From Alphaproteobacteria bacterium (GTDB lineage Bacteria; Pseudomonadota; Alphaproteobacteria; UBA7887), in NCBI GenBank assembly GCA_047517485.1, contig JAKZSU010000011.1, positions 1 through 54,698 of the forward strand: DNA of 54,698 bases. The letters run 5' to 3'. Position 1 is the stretch's first letter. Each line of letters starts with the position of its first letter. Under the pieces are notes generated by a model. It was not told the DNA's origin. It saw nothing but the letters and a program-made list of their open reading frames with translations, and did not search any database. Positions 9,438 through 19,097 of the stretch are shown here, piece after piece. Position numbers and translations under genes: made by a program.

Positions 9438-11510
9438 TCAACCCGCGGCCGGAACGATCGCCAGGCTGCCGGATGGTTTGCGGCTGACCGTCGCGCCGGG
9501 CCCGACGACCACGGTGGTGAACGAATTTTCGATAATCGCCGGCCCGGCCAACGCGCTATCGGTCGCGAGCTGATCGAACTGACGCACCGTGGCGTCCAAC
9601 CATCCGACATCGGCGAAATAGGCCTGGCGCCGGGTCGCCAGATCGGTGGCGGCGGCGCGTTCCGACAATCCGGCCATCGGCCGATCGCGCAAGCGGCAGC
9701 TGATCCGCGCCGACCAACCGACCACCTCGATCTCCGACAACGGATCCTTGATCGCGAATACTTCTTCATGGGTATCATGAAAATCAGACACCAAGTCTTT
9801 AATATCTTGTTCGTTTTTGAATTCATGCCCGCGCAACGGAACTTCGATCTCCCAGACCTGATGGGGATACCGCGCCTCGGCCATGAACTCGATCGTCTGG
9901 GCGCTCGAGCCGGCGCCCGGGCCATCGGCGAACGCCCGGCAACGGGCGAGCAGATCGGCGAGCAACGTATTGACGGCGGCGCTGTCGAAGGCGTCGCTGG
10001 CGGTGAATTGGGTGGCGCGGAACTGCTGCGTCAGATCGGACATCAGCGCGCCGCCGGCGCTCAGTGCCGCGCCGACATCGGGGATCAGCACCAGCGGACA
10101 GTCGAGCCGCGCGGCGATGCGCTCGCAATTCAACCCGGCGGCGCCACCGCCGCCGATCAACACCGCGCCCGACGGGTCGATGCCCTGATTGATAGTGATG
10201 TCCATGATCGCCTGCACCATGTTCTCGGTGGCGATCTTGACGATCGAGAGCGCCGCTTCCTCGACGCCGAGGCCCATTGTTGCCGCCACATGCTCGGCGA
10301 TCGCGGCACGCGCCGCGTCCACATCGAGCCGCATGCTGCCGCCGAGGAAAAACGCCGGGTCGATATAGCCCAAGGTCAGGCACGCATCGGTCAGGGTCGG
10401 CGCGGTGCCGCCGCGGCCATAGGCCACCGGCCCCGGCACCGCGCCCGCCGATTGCGGCCCGACATGGAGCAGCCCGCCATCATCGATCCACGCCATCGAG
10501 CCGCCGCCGGCACCGATCGAGCGCACCCCGACCGAGGGAAACCCTGTCATGTGGCCGCGATATTCGCCGCCGATCCAGGTCTCGCGCGTCCACGGGATGC
10601 GGCCGCGCCTGACCAGGCTGAGATCGTAGGTCGTCCCCCCGGTGTCGGCGACGATCGCGGTCGAGGCGCCGGCATCGATGGCGGCGAAATGACGCCCGGC
10701 GACCGGCGCCATCGACGGCCCGGAATTGATCAGATGGATCGGCTCGTTGGCCGCGTCGGTGGCGTCGATCACGCCGGCGGCCGAGGTGACGATGAGCACC
10801 CGGCCGCCATAGCCAGCCTCGCTAAGACGCGCCGTCAAGTTGCGCATATAGGCTCCCATCAGCGGCTTGAGCGAGGCGTCGATCGCTGTCGACGAGGCGC
10901 GGCGGTATTCACGTAATGACGGATTGAGGCGGTGCGACAGCGTGTACGGGACTCCCGGCAAATGGTCCTCGAGCAGTTCGCCGATCCGCAATTCATGCGC
11001 CGGATTGACGATCGACCATAGCAGGCAGACCGCGACCGCCTCGACCTCGTTCGGTTTGAGCCGCGCGATGGTCTGGATAACCGCGTCTTCATCGAGAGCG
11101 CGGCTGACAGTGCCGTCCGCCAGCACCCGCTCGGCCACTTCAAAGGTCAGCGCGCGCGGCACGTAGGGGTCGGGATAAGGCACGGTGAAATTGAACACGT
11201 CGGTGCGCCCGCCTTCGCGCAGCACCAGGATATCGGGATGGCCCTCGGTGGTGAGAAACGCGGTGCGCGCGGTATTGCCGGTAATGATCGCGTTGATCGC
11301 CCGCGTCGTGCCGTGAATGAACAGCGAGCCCTCAGCCAGCAGATCGGCCAGATCCTTGGCCATGCTGTCGGCGGCGATTTGCAGACTGTCGAGCACGCCC
11401 AGGATCGGATCGTCTGGAGTTGTCGAGGCCTTGAACATCGAGACCGTGCCGTCGTCCTGCTCGATCAACAAGTCGGTGAAGGTACCGCCGGTATCGACCG
11501 CGAATCTCAT
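9438..11510 (-). CDS. Second hydantoinase/oxoprolinase subunit A (HyuA-like, ATP-binding)
   Basis: DTGGTFTD, HGTT, SGPS, DTGGTTYD, GAGGGS, GPQSAGA. Confidence 0.92.
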   Translation of the reverse strand: MRFAVDTGGTFTDLLIEQDDGTVSMFKASTTPDDPILGVLDSLQIAADSMAKDLADLLAEGSLFIHGTTRAINAIITGNTARTAFLTTEGHPDILVLREGGRTDVFNFTVPYPDPYVPRALTFEVAERVLADGTVSRALDEDAVIQTIARLKPNEVEAVAVCLLWSIVNPAHELRIGELLEDHLPGVPYTLSHRLNPSLREYRRASSTAIDASLKPLMGAYMRNLTARLSEAGYGGRVLIVTSAAGVIDATDAANEPIHLINSGPSMAPVAGRHFAAIDAGASTAIVADTGGTTYDLSLVRRGRIPWTRETWIGGEYRGHMTGFPSVGVRSIGAGGGSMAWIDDGGLLHVGPQSAGAVPGPVAYGRGGTAPTLTDACLTLGYIDPAFFLGGSMRLDVDAARAAIAEHVAATMGLGVEEAALSIVKIATENMVQAIMDITINQGIDPSGAVLIGGGGAAGLNCERIAARLDCPLVLIPDVGAALSAGGALMSDLTQQFRATQFTASDAFDSAAVNTLLADLLARCRAFADGPGAGSSAQTIEFMAEARYPHQVWEIEVPLRGHEFKNEQDIKDLVSDFHDTHEEVFAIKDPLSEIEVVGWSARISCRLRDRPMAGLSERAAATDLATRRQAYFADVGWLDATVRQFDQLATDSALAGPAIIENSFTTVVVGPGATVSRKPSGSLAIVPAAG

Positions 11511-11563
11511 GCTACCATTCCTCTAGACTCGAATATTCGCATCGCCACCGGGGAGACCGACCG

Positions 11564-12469
11564 ATGACCAAGACACTCGCGCCGCTGCCGATCGCCATGT
11601 TGGTCGCGGCGGCGGTCGTCTATGGCCTGGTGTTCTCGTTCAACAAGCTCGCCGCCGGTGCCGGCGCGAGCTATCTCGGCCACGCCTTTTGGCAGACCCT
11701 GATCGCCGGCTTGGCGCTCTACGCGGTCTCGCTGGCGCGCCGCCAGACGGTGAGTTTTCGTTGGCCCTATTTCCGCGCCTACATCGTCGTCGGCGCCACC
11801 GGATTCGGCCTGCCGATGGCGTTGGTGACCCTGGTCAGCACCGAGTTGCCGACCGGCTATGTCTCGCTCGCCTTCGCGCTGTCGCCGACCTTCACCTACT
11901 TCGCCAGTGTGCTGTTTCGCCTCGATCGATTGTCGGGGTTCGGCCTTGCGGGCATCGGGCTCGGATTCGCCGGGGTGGTCATCGTGGTGACCGCGGCGGA
12001 CGCGCTCACCGGCGAGGGCGCGACCGGCTGGTTCCTGCTCACCTTGATCATTCCGGTGATGCTCGCGATCACCAACGTCGCCGCCGTGGTTCTTCGTCCG
12101 CCGGACACCAGTTCGACGGTGATGGGCGCGGGCTTCCTGCTCGGCGCCGCGTTGTCGCTGCTGCCGCTGATGATCGTCACTGGCCAATTTTACGTTCCGA
12201 GCGATCCCGCGACCCTCATACCGACGCTCGGCGCGGCCGCCGTCAATGCGGTCTTTATCGTCTTGTTCGCCGAAATCGTGCGCCGCTGGGGACCGACGTT
12301 CTTCGCCCAGTTCAACTATCTCACCGTGATCGCGGCGATCGGCTGGGCGTACTTGATCTTCGCCGAGCCCCCGGCGCTCATCGTGCTGATCGCACTCGCC
12401 TTGATGGCCGCCGGCGTGGTGATTTCGGAGTTGCGCCACCGCAAGACTAGCGACGAAGCCGCGCCGTAG
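11564..12469 (+). CDS. DMT/EamA family transporter, antisense to flanking genes
   Basis: About ten hydrophobic segments in two repeats; ALSPTFT, GIGLGFAGV, FAQFNYL...W..LIFAE; GGGAGA RBS. Confidence 0.88.
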   Translation: MTKTLAPLPIAMLVAAAVVYGLVFSFNKLAAGAGASYLGHAFWQTLIAGLALYAVSLARRQTVSFRWPYFRAYIVVGATGFGLPMALVTLVSTELPTGYVSLAFALSPTFTYFASVLFRLDRLSGFGLAGIGLGFAGVVIVVTAADALTGEGATGWFLLTLIIPVMLAITNVAAVVLRPPDTSSTVMGAGFLLGAALSLLPLMIVTGQFYVPSDPATLIPTLGAAAVNAVFIVLFAEIVRRWGPTFFAQFNYLTVIAAIGWAYLIFAEPPALIVLIALALMAAGVVISELRHRKTSDEAAP

Positions 12470-14216
12470 CCGCCGCATCGACCGAGCCGTCGGCGGCGAC
12501 CGCCACGCCATAAACATCCGCCGCGCGGTCGCGGCTGACCCAGCCCTCGACGACATCGCGCGCGACCTTCTCCGGCTCGCGGCTCAGCGGGTCGCCGTAA
12601 CCGCCGCCGCCGCAACAGTGCGAGACGATGGTCTCGCCGGTCCGCAAGGTCACCACGGCGCAGTTTTCGGTCGGCGTAAGGTCTCCATTGGCATCGCGTA
12701 TACCCTGATAAGCCGCGCCGCCAAGCCCGCCGCCGCGCACCCCGCGCGCCGGGTTCAAAGTGCCGTCGGAGACGAACGCGACTTCCATCTCGCCGCGCGT
12801 CGGGCCGAACTCGACGAGCATGCCGGGGCCGCCCTTGTGCCGCCCGGCGCCTTCCGAATTCTGAATGAAACGGCGCTGGTGTACGTGCAGCGGATGGCGC
12901 ATTTCGTCGAGCTCGATACTGTCCTGGTAGCACAGCCCGGCGTTGCCGACATGGCCGAGGGTGACCCAGGCATCGGCCTCGGGCGCGCCGGCGCCGCCGG
13001 TCATCGCCAGGAACAATTGATTGACGTAGCGCTCGTCGCGCACCGGATCGTACCCCGAAACCACGCCGACCGACGCCGGCAGGATCGCCCCCGCCTCGGC
13101 CAGGCCGATGCCGTCGTCGAGCTCGGCGATCGCCGCCTGGACGGCGTTGGCCACCCGATCGGCGACGTTGGTGGTGGCGACTGAGCAACTGGTCGGATGC
13201 CGGGGGATGCCGCACACCGCGTTCTCGCGCAGCTTGACGTCGAGGCGGCGGAACGCGCCGGCGTTCTTCGGCACGCTGGGATCGATCGAATTGAACACGC
13301 CGATCATCGCCGCGGTCCGCGCGCACGCCTCGGACAGGTTCAACCCGCACGGCAGCGCGTCCATATTGTCGGTGAGATCGACCGCTATGCGCCCCCGGTC
13401 GGCATCGACATCGACCTTGACGGTAATCGGAATGCCGTCGTCGGGGGTCCCGGGCACCGGGTCGTGGCAGCTGGTCCAGGTCGCTCTCCCGCTGGGGATC
13501 TTGGCCACCGCGTTGACCATCCGGCTTTCGGAATAATCGAACCACTGCCCGGTGAAACGCTCCAGCGTGTCCCAACCGACTTCGTCGGCGAGGCTGAGCA
13601 GTTCGCGCTCGCCGATGCGCGCCGCGCCGACCATCGCCAGATAATCGCCCCACCATTGCTCGGGCACCCGGATGCGGACCATGCACATGCGGATGACGTC
13701 GCCGATATTCTCGAAATTCTCCTGCACCTTGACCGCCGGAAAGATCAGCGCGCCTTCCTCGTAGACGTCGCGCGCCGCGCCCATGTAGGTGGTCGGCTGC
13801 GAATTGCCGCAATCGGCCTGATGCGCCTTGGCGAGCACCGTGTAGCGATGGCGCCCCTCGGCGTCCATCACCGGCACCAACAGGGTATGATCGGCGGGGT
13901 GCGAGCAGCCGTGATACGGCGAATTGTGCAGGTACGCATCGCCGCGCTTGGGGTCGGGATGAAACTCGAGCATCGATTTCGCCATCAGATCTGGCCCGCT
14001 CAATACGTGGATCGGCAGACTTTCCGCGGTCGCCAGCAACTGCGCGTCGGCGGTGATGATGCAGCAGGAAAAATCGCGGGCGATATTGAGCACCCCCGAG
14101 CGCCCGGTGCGCAGCAGGGTGTTCGCCATTTTGCGGGCGATCCCCTCGAGCCGATTGTTCAGGATCGACAATTGCACGCCGTCGATCGGTTTCGCCGCCG
14201 CCTGGCCGTCCATCAT
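12447..14216 (-). CDS. Second hydantoinase B/oxoprolinase subunit (HyuB-like)
   Basis: RTGRSGVLNIARDFS, NSPYHGCSHPAD, AHQADCG, YEEG, GAGRHKGG, GGGGYGDP. Confidence 0.92.
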   Translation of the reverse strand: MMDGQAAAKPIDGVQLSILNNRLEGIARKMANTLLRTGRSGVLNIARDFSCCIITADAQLLATAESLPIHVLSGPDLMAKSMLEFHPDPKRGDAYLHNSPYHGCSHPADHTLLVPVMDAEGRHRYTVLAKAHQADCGNSQPTTYMGAARDVYEEGALIFPAVKVQENFENIGDVIRMCMVRIRVPEQWWGDYLAMVGAARIGERELLSLADEVGWDTLERFTGQWFDYSESRMVNAVAKIPSGRATWTSCHDPVPGTPDDGIPITVKVDVDADRGRIAVDLTDNMDALPCGLNLSEACARTAAMIGVFNSIDPSVPKNAGAFRRLDVKLRENAVCGIPRHPTSCSVATTNVADRVANAVQAAIAELDDGIGLAEAGAILPASVGVVSGYDPVRDERYVNQLFLAMTGGAGAPEADAWVTLGHVGNAGLCYQDSIELDEMRHPLHVHQRRFIQNSEGAGRHKGGPGMLVEFGPTRGEMEVAFVSDGTLNPARGVRGGGLGGAAYQGIRDANGDLTPTENCAVVTLRTGETIVSHCCGGGGYGDPLSREPEKVARDVVEGWVSRDRAADVYGVAVAADGSVDAAATARLRR

Positions 14217-14226
14217 CCGAGATCTC

Positions 14227-14985
14227 CTACCAAGCCCGCCAGCCGCTATCGACGGGGAGAATTATGCCGTGCACCGCGCGCGCGTCATCGGAGGCGAGAA
14301 ACACCACCGCGCCGGCCATGTCGGCGGCGGGAAGAAAATCCTCGCCGGTCGGCGTGCGCGCGCGCATTTTCGCCGCCCAGTCCGGATCGGCGCGCAAATC
14401 GGCGTTCATCGGGGTCACCACATTTCCCGGCGCGATGGCGTTGACGTTGATGCCGAACGACGCGAGCTCGAGACATAGCGATTTGGTCAAATTGTTGAGC
14501 CCGCCTTTCGATGCGCAATAGGCCGCCGAGTTGGGGAAACCGCCGCTGCCGGCGATCGACGTCACGTTGATGATCTTGCCCCAGCCCTTGGCCTTCATGT
14601 CGGCAACCACGGCGCGGCTGAGGAAAAAGCATCCTTTCAAATTGGTGTCGAGCTGGCGGTCCCAATTGGCCTCGTCGACCTCCTCAATGGGGCGCGGCTT
14701 GAACACGCCGGCGTTGTTGACGAGGATATTGATCGGCCCCAGCGCGGCCTTGATTTCGCCGGTGACCCGGTCGATTTCGGCGACTCTAGCGAGATCTGCT
14801 TGAAACGCGGCGGCGCGGCCCCCCGCGCTCTCGATCTCGGCGACCACCGTGGCGGCGGTGGCGAGGTTACTGCGATTGACGATGGCGACGATCGCGCCGG
14901 CGGCCGCCAGCGCCTTGGCGATTTCCGCTCCGATCCCTTGCGCACCACCGGTCACGGCGGCGACACGTCCGTCAAGCGTGGTCAT
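14227..14985 (-). CDS. SDR family NAD(P)-dependent oxidoreductase
   Basis: TGGAQGIG, NNAG, YCASK, NAIAPG. Confidence 0.93.
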   Translation of the reverse strand: MTTLDGRVAAVTGGAQGIGAEIAKALAAAGAIVAIVNRSNLATAATVVAEIESAGGRAAAFQADLARVAEIDRVTGEIKAALGPINILVNNAGVFKPRPIEEVDEANWDRQLDTNLKGCFFLSRAVVADMKAKGWGKIINVTSIAGSGGFPNSAAYCASKGGLNNLTKSLCLELASFGINVNAIAPGNVVTPMNADLRADPDWAAKMRARTPTGEDFLPAADMAGAVVFLASDDARAVHGIILPVDSGWRAW

Positions 14986-15002
14986 TGAATACGTCCCACA
15001 AA

Positions 15003-15043
15003 TGAAGTCTCCGCCCCGGTGTGAGCCGGGACGGAGGGCTTCA
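15003..15043 (-). terminator. Stem-loop downstream of the SBP gene (partial terminator or mRNA stabiliser)
   Basis: TGAAGTCTCCGCCCCGG / CCGGGACGGAGGGCTTCA imperfect inverted repeat between the SBP stop and the SDR start. Confidence 0.6.
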
Positions 15044-15057
15044 AAACAAACTCTCGG

Positions 15058-16275
15058 TTAGCGCGCGATGTAGGTGTAGCGCTTACCGAACAGCACATCC
15101 ATCGGAACCGGCTCCGAGATCGTGTGCTCGCCGGCGACAGCGGGTATGCCGTTCGTGGTCTCGACGATCAGATACGGGGCGTAGTTCTGATGATGCAAGG
15201 TGTTGGTGAAGGTCCGGGTGCCGATCAGGAAGGGCTCGTCTACGAACTTCTCCATCTCCGCGACCACCGCCTCGGTATCGAACGTGCCGGCACGTTCGAC
15301 CGCGCGCGCCCACATTTCGATCAACACATAGCCGGGATAGGTGTATTGACTGTTCGGACGCTCGCCGAACTTGTCCTCGTATTTGTCGTTGAACGCCTCG
15401 ACTTCGGGGCGCGGGTCGTCGCCGTAGATCGACGCCTGTTCCGGCACATAATGACCGGTCAGACCAGGCACGGAATCGAGCCAGTAGGTGCCGCTCATCG
15501 AGCTTCCGCCAAGCAGCGCGCTTTCGATGCCCGCGGCACGAATCTGGCGCAGCGCCGACGCACCACCGGGAACGTAGGAGCAGCTCATGATCACATCCGG
15601 CGGGGCGGCAAGATTTTTGATCCGGGTGATCTGCGCGGCGATCGACGGATCGCCATTCAAGTAAACGTCATGACCGAGAATTTCGAGGCCGAGCTTCTCG
15701 CGCCACATCCAATCGAAGCCGTAGCAGATGCCCTTGTTATATTCGATAGTGGTATCGAGCAGGATATAGGCGGTTTTCCAGCCTTTGTTTTGGGCTCCCC
15801 ATTCGGCCAGGCTCGCGCCTTGAACGGCGGCCAGGACGGAGGCGGAAAACGCGTTGGTGCCAACGCCTTGGATCCCCGCGAGCACGCTTTCCGCGCACAG
15901 GAAGATGGCGATCTTATTGGCGTTCTTCGCGGCCAGCGCCGCCGGCGCGCCAAAATCATAGTCACAATCGACGGCCAACATCTGCGCGCCCTCGTTGAGC
16001 ACGTGCTGGCCCGCCTTGGCGCCTTCGACACGATCGGTCTTGGCATCGGCCTTGACCCAGGTCAGCGTCTTGCCGAGCAGACCGCCGGCGGCGTTGATGT
16101 CTTCGATGGCGATGATCGCGGCATTGGTCGGCGGACCGCTGTAGGCGGACATCCATCCCGAATACGATGCCGCAAATCCAATGACCACTTCGTCGTCGGC
16201 GGCTTGCGCGGCGAACACGCCCAAGGCGCTCGCGCCGAGCACGCCCGTGAGCACGGTAGCTAGAATTTTCTTCAT
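15058..16275 (-). CDS. ABC transporter substrate-binding protein, Liv/HAAT (PBP1) type
   Basis: Sec signal MKKILATVL...AQA; AIEDINAAGGLLGK; GAGG RBS. Confidence 0.9.
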   Translation of the reverse strand: MKKILATVLTGVLGASALGVFAAQAADDEVVIGFAASYSGWMSAYSGPPTNAAIIAIEDINAAGGLLGKTLTWVKADAKTDRVEGAKAGQHVLNEGAQMLAVDCDYDFGAPAALAAKNANKIAIFLCAESVLAGIQGVGTNAFSASVLAAVQGASLAEWGAQNKGWKTAYILLDTTIEYNKGICYGFDWMWREKLGLEILGHDVYLNGDPSIAAQITRIKNLAAPPDVIMSCSYVPGGASALRQIRAAGIESALLGGSSMSGTYWLDSVPGLTGHYVPEQASIYGDDPRPEVEAFNDKYEDKFGERPNSQYTYPGYVLIEMWARAVERAGTFDTEAVVAEMEKFVDEPFLIGTRTFTNTLHHQNYAPYLIVETTNGIPAVAGEHTISEPVPMDVLFGKRYTYIAR

Positions 16276-16677
16276 CGAACCAGACCCCTCATTTTTTTAT
16301 CCGTGAACTGCCGTAATTTCACCGCCGCATTCGGCTTGACCCAGTTGCGCCAAACCTCTTTTTTCGCGCGCGATGTCTCTCCCATTTCGGCCCACACTAG
16401 CCAATATTATCGCCCGTGCAAGCGTCGCCACATTTGGCCGCGCCATCGCGCATCGACCAGTCGGTCCAACATCACCCGACCGCGTCCATCGACATCGCTT
16501 GCCCGAGCCGACCCCGGCGACTACCCTCCGCGCCGAGTCTGGGGGATTTAGACGACAGCTCAACGGTGGACGCGAAGAAATCTGTCGCCGTTGGTACGAC
16601 AGCCCAGTAGGGTGCTGCCCGCGCGTCTCGCGATGGGACGTGGGCGAGGGAGGACCGAGGCGTGCAACCGCTCAAAT

Positions 16678-17433
16678 ATGAGCTCCGACGGCATGACTGA
16701 GGCGTCGGGGACGGAGACCTCGTCGCTGGTCGCGCGCGGTGTCACCGTGCGCTTCGAGGGTCTGACCGCCGTCGATACCGTGGACGAAGTGGTTCATCCC
16801 GGCGAGATCGTCGGTCTGATTGGCCCCAACGGGGCCGGCAAAACCACCCTGGTCAACGCGATGACCGGATTTCAGCGCCCCGCCGCGGGCGACGTTTTGC
16901 TCGACGGGCGGTCGGTGGCCAAGGTCAAGCCGCACAAACTGCGGCGCCAAGGCGTGGCCCGGACATTTCAAGCCGGTCGGCTGTTCCGCGAAATGACGAT
17001 CTCGGAGAATGTCGAGGTCGCGGCGGTCGGGCTCGGCATGAGCCGCCGGCGTGCGCACCGCGAGGCGATGGACCTGTTGGACTGGATCGGTCTCGCCGAC
17101 CGCGCGAACGTCCTCGCCGGCGCGCTGCCCTATACCGACGAACGCCGCGTCGGCATCGCCCGGGCGCTGGTGCGGTCGCCCAAATTCATTCTGCTCGACG
17201 AGCCGGCGGCCGGGATGTCCGACCTCGAATGCGACGAATTAATGCAACTGGTCGATAATATGCGCAAGCGGTTCGGCTGCGGGGTGATCCTCATCGAGCA
17301 CAATATGCGCGTCGTGATGGGGGTCTGCGAGCGCATTCATGTGCTCGATAGCGGCCGCACGATCGCCCAAGGCACGCCCGCCGAGGTGCAAAAAAATCCC
17401 GCCGTCATCGAAGCCTATCTGGGCAAGGGCTGA
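16678..17433 (+). CDS. Branched-chain-type ABC ATP-binding protein (LivG-like)
   Basis: GPNGAGKTT, ARTFQ, LLDEPAAG, IEHNM, VIEAYLG. Start uncertain (16678 or 16693). Confidence 0.9.
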   Translation: MSSDGMTEASGTETSSLVARGVTVRFEGLTAVDTVDEVVHPGEIVGLIGPNGAGKTTLVNAMTGFQRPAAGDVLLDGRSVAKVKPHKLRRQGVARTFQAGRLFREMTISENVEVAAVGLGMSRRRAHREAMDLLDWIGLADRANVLAGALPYTDERRVGIARALVRSPKFILLDEPAAGMSDLECDELMQLVDNMRKRFGCGVILIEHNMRVVMGVCERIHVLDSGRTIAQGTPAEVQKNPAVIEAYLGKG

Positions 17434-17436
17434 GCG

Positions 17437-18180
17437 ATGTTGCTGGAAGTCGAAAATCTGCATGTCCATTACGGCCGGCTCGCCGCGCTGCGCGGGATTT
17501 CGCTTGCCGTCGCCGAAGGCGAAATCGCCTGTATCGTCGGGCCCAACGGCGCCGGCAAATCGACCACGTTGCTGGCGATATCGAGCATCCTCGCGCCGTC
17601 CCAGGGCACCATCATCTTCGACGGCGCATCGATCGGCGGCACCCCGGCGGAGAACGTCGCCGCGCTCGGTATCTCGCAAGTCCCCGAGGGCCGGCACATT
17701 TTCACCTCGCTGTCGGTCGACGAAAATCTCCAGGTCGGCGCCGCCACCCGCAAGGACAAGGCCCGCATCCGCGCGGATTACGACCGCGTCCTCGAGCTGT
17801 TTCCGATCCTTGGTGAACGGCGCCGGCAGTCGGCCGGTAAATTGTCCGGGGGCGAGCAACAAATGTTGGCGATCGGCCGCGCGCTGATGTCCAATCCGCG
17901 CTTTCTGACGATCGACGAGCCGTCCCTGGGCCTGGCCCCCAAAGTTGTCGACCAAGTGTATGAAGTGCTGATCGACTTGCGCAAATCGCGCGGGCTGACC
18001 CTGTTGCTCGTCGAACAGAGCTCGGAACGCGCGTTGAATGCCGCCGACCGCCTGTACGTGCTACGCAACGGCGAAATTCAGCTCAAGGGCAAGACCGCCG
18101 ATCTGCAGGACGGCAAGGCGGTTCACAAGGCTTATTTCGGGTTTACCCATGAGCATGACGAGGACGAGGTGGAGTTCTGA
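17437..18180 (+). CDS. Branched-chain-type ABC ATP-binding protein (LivF-like)
   Basis: GPNGAGKST, VPEGR, LSGGEQQM, DEPSLGLAP. Confidence 0.92.
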   Translation: MLLEVENLHVHYGRLAALRGISLAVAEGEIACIVGPNGAGKSTTLLAISSILAPSQGTIIFDGASIGGTPAENVAALGISQVPEGRHIFTSLSVDENLQVGAATRKDKARIRADYDRVLELFPILGERRRQSAGKLSGGEQQMLAIGRALMSNPRFLTIDEPSLGLAPKVVDQVYEVLIDLRKSRGLTLLLVEQSSERALNAADRLYVLRNGEIQLKGKTADLQDGKAVHKAYFGFTHEHDEDEVEF

Positions 18181-19097
18181 TGGCATATGCGTTCCAGGTC
18201 ATCATCGACGCGCTCAGCCTCGGCAGTTTCTATGCCCTGGCGGCGCTCGGTATCGGCCTGTTGTTCGGGGTCTTGAAACTGATCAACTTCGCCCATGGCG
18301 ATTTCATCACCATCGGCGCCTATGCCATGATCATCCCCTCGGCGGCGACCCAGGCAACGCTGTTCATCGGCGACTTCCACCCCTTGATTCTAGTGCCGTC
18401 GATCGTCGGCATCGTCGTCGTGATCGCCTTGATTGCCGAGTTCGCGGTGTTCCGACCCTTGCGCGATGCCTCGCCGGCGACCTTGATGATCGGCTCGTTC
18501 GCGCTCGGCTTCATCCTGCAGAATCTGACCATCATGATTTACGGCGGCCGACCGAAAGCGGTCGGCATCTGGTCCGAACTGAACTACGGCATTCAGCTCG
18601 CCGAAGGGGTGCAGGTGCCGGCGCTGCAGCTCATCATCATCGGCACCACGTTGATCCTGATGACCCTGCTGGTGCTGTTTCTGACCCGCACCAAACACGG
18701 CATTCACATGCGCGCGGCGGCCGAGGATTTCCGCATGGCGCGGATGTTGGGGGTCAAGGCCAACCGGGTGATCATGCTGGCGGTGGCGACCAGCGGCATG
18801 CTGGCGGCGGCGGTCTCGATGCTGTTCGTCGTCCAGACCGGCATTCTCGATTTCCGCATGGGCGTGTCGTTGATGCTGTTCGCCTTCATCGCCACCGTGA
18901 TCGGCGGCATGGGCAGCCTGGTCGGCGCGGTGGTCGGTGGCTTCACCGTCGGCGCGGTCAGCATATTGCTACAGACATTCCTGCCGTCCGAGATGCGGGT
19001 GTTTCGTGACGTGTTTGTCTTCGCCATCGTCATCGTCATCCTGGTGGTCCGCCCGCAAGGGTTGATCGTATCGCGCGCCGCGAAGGAACGCGTCTAA
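18180..19097 (+). CDS. Branched-chain-type ABC permease (LivH-like)
   Basis: INFAHG, MRAAAED...ARMLGV, IGGMGS, RPQG. Confidence 0.92.
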   Translation: MAYAFQVIIDALSLGSFYALAALGIGLLFGVLKLINFAHGDFITIGAYAMIIPSAATQATLFIGDFHPLILVPSIVGIVVVIALIAEFAVFRPLRDASPATLMIGSFALGFILQNLTIMIYGGRPKAVGIWSELNYGIQLAEGVQVPALQLIIIGTTLILMTLLVLFLTRTKHGIHMRAAAEDFRMARMLGVKANRVIMLAVATSGMLAAAVSMLFVVQTGILDFRMGVSLMLFAFIATVIGGMGSLVGAVVGGFTVGAVSILLQTFLPSEMRVFRDVFVFAIVIVILVVRPQGLIVSRAAKERV

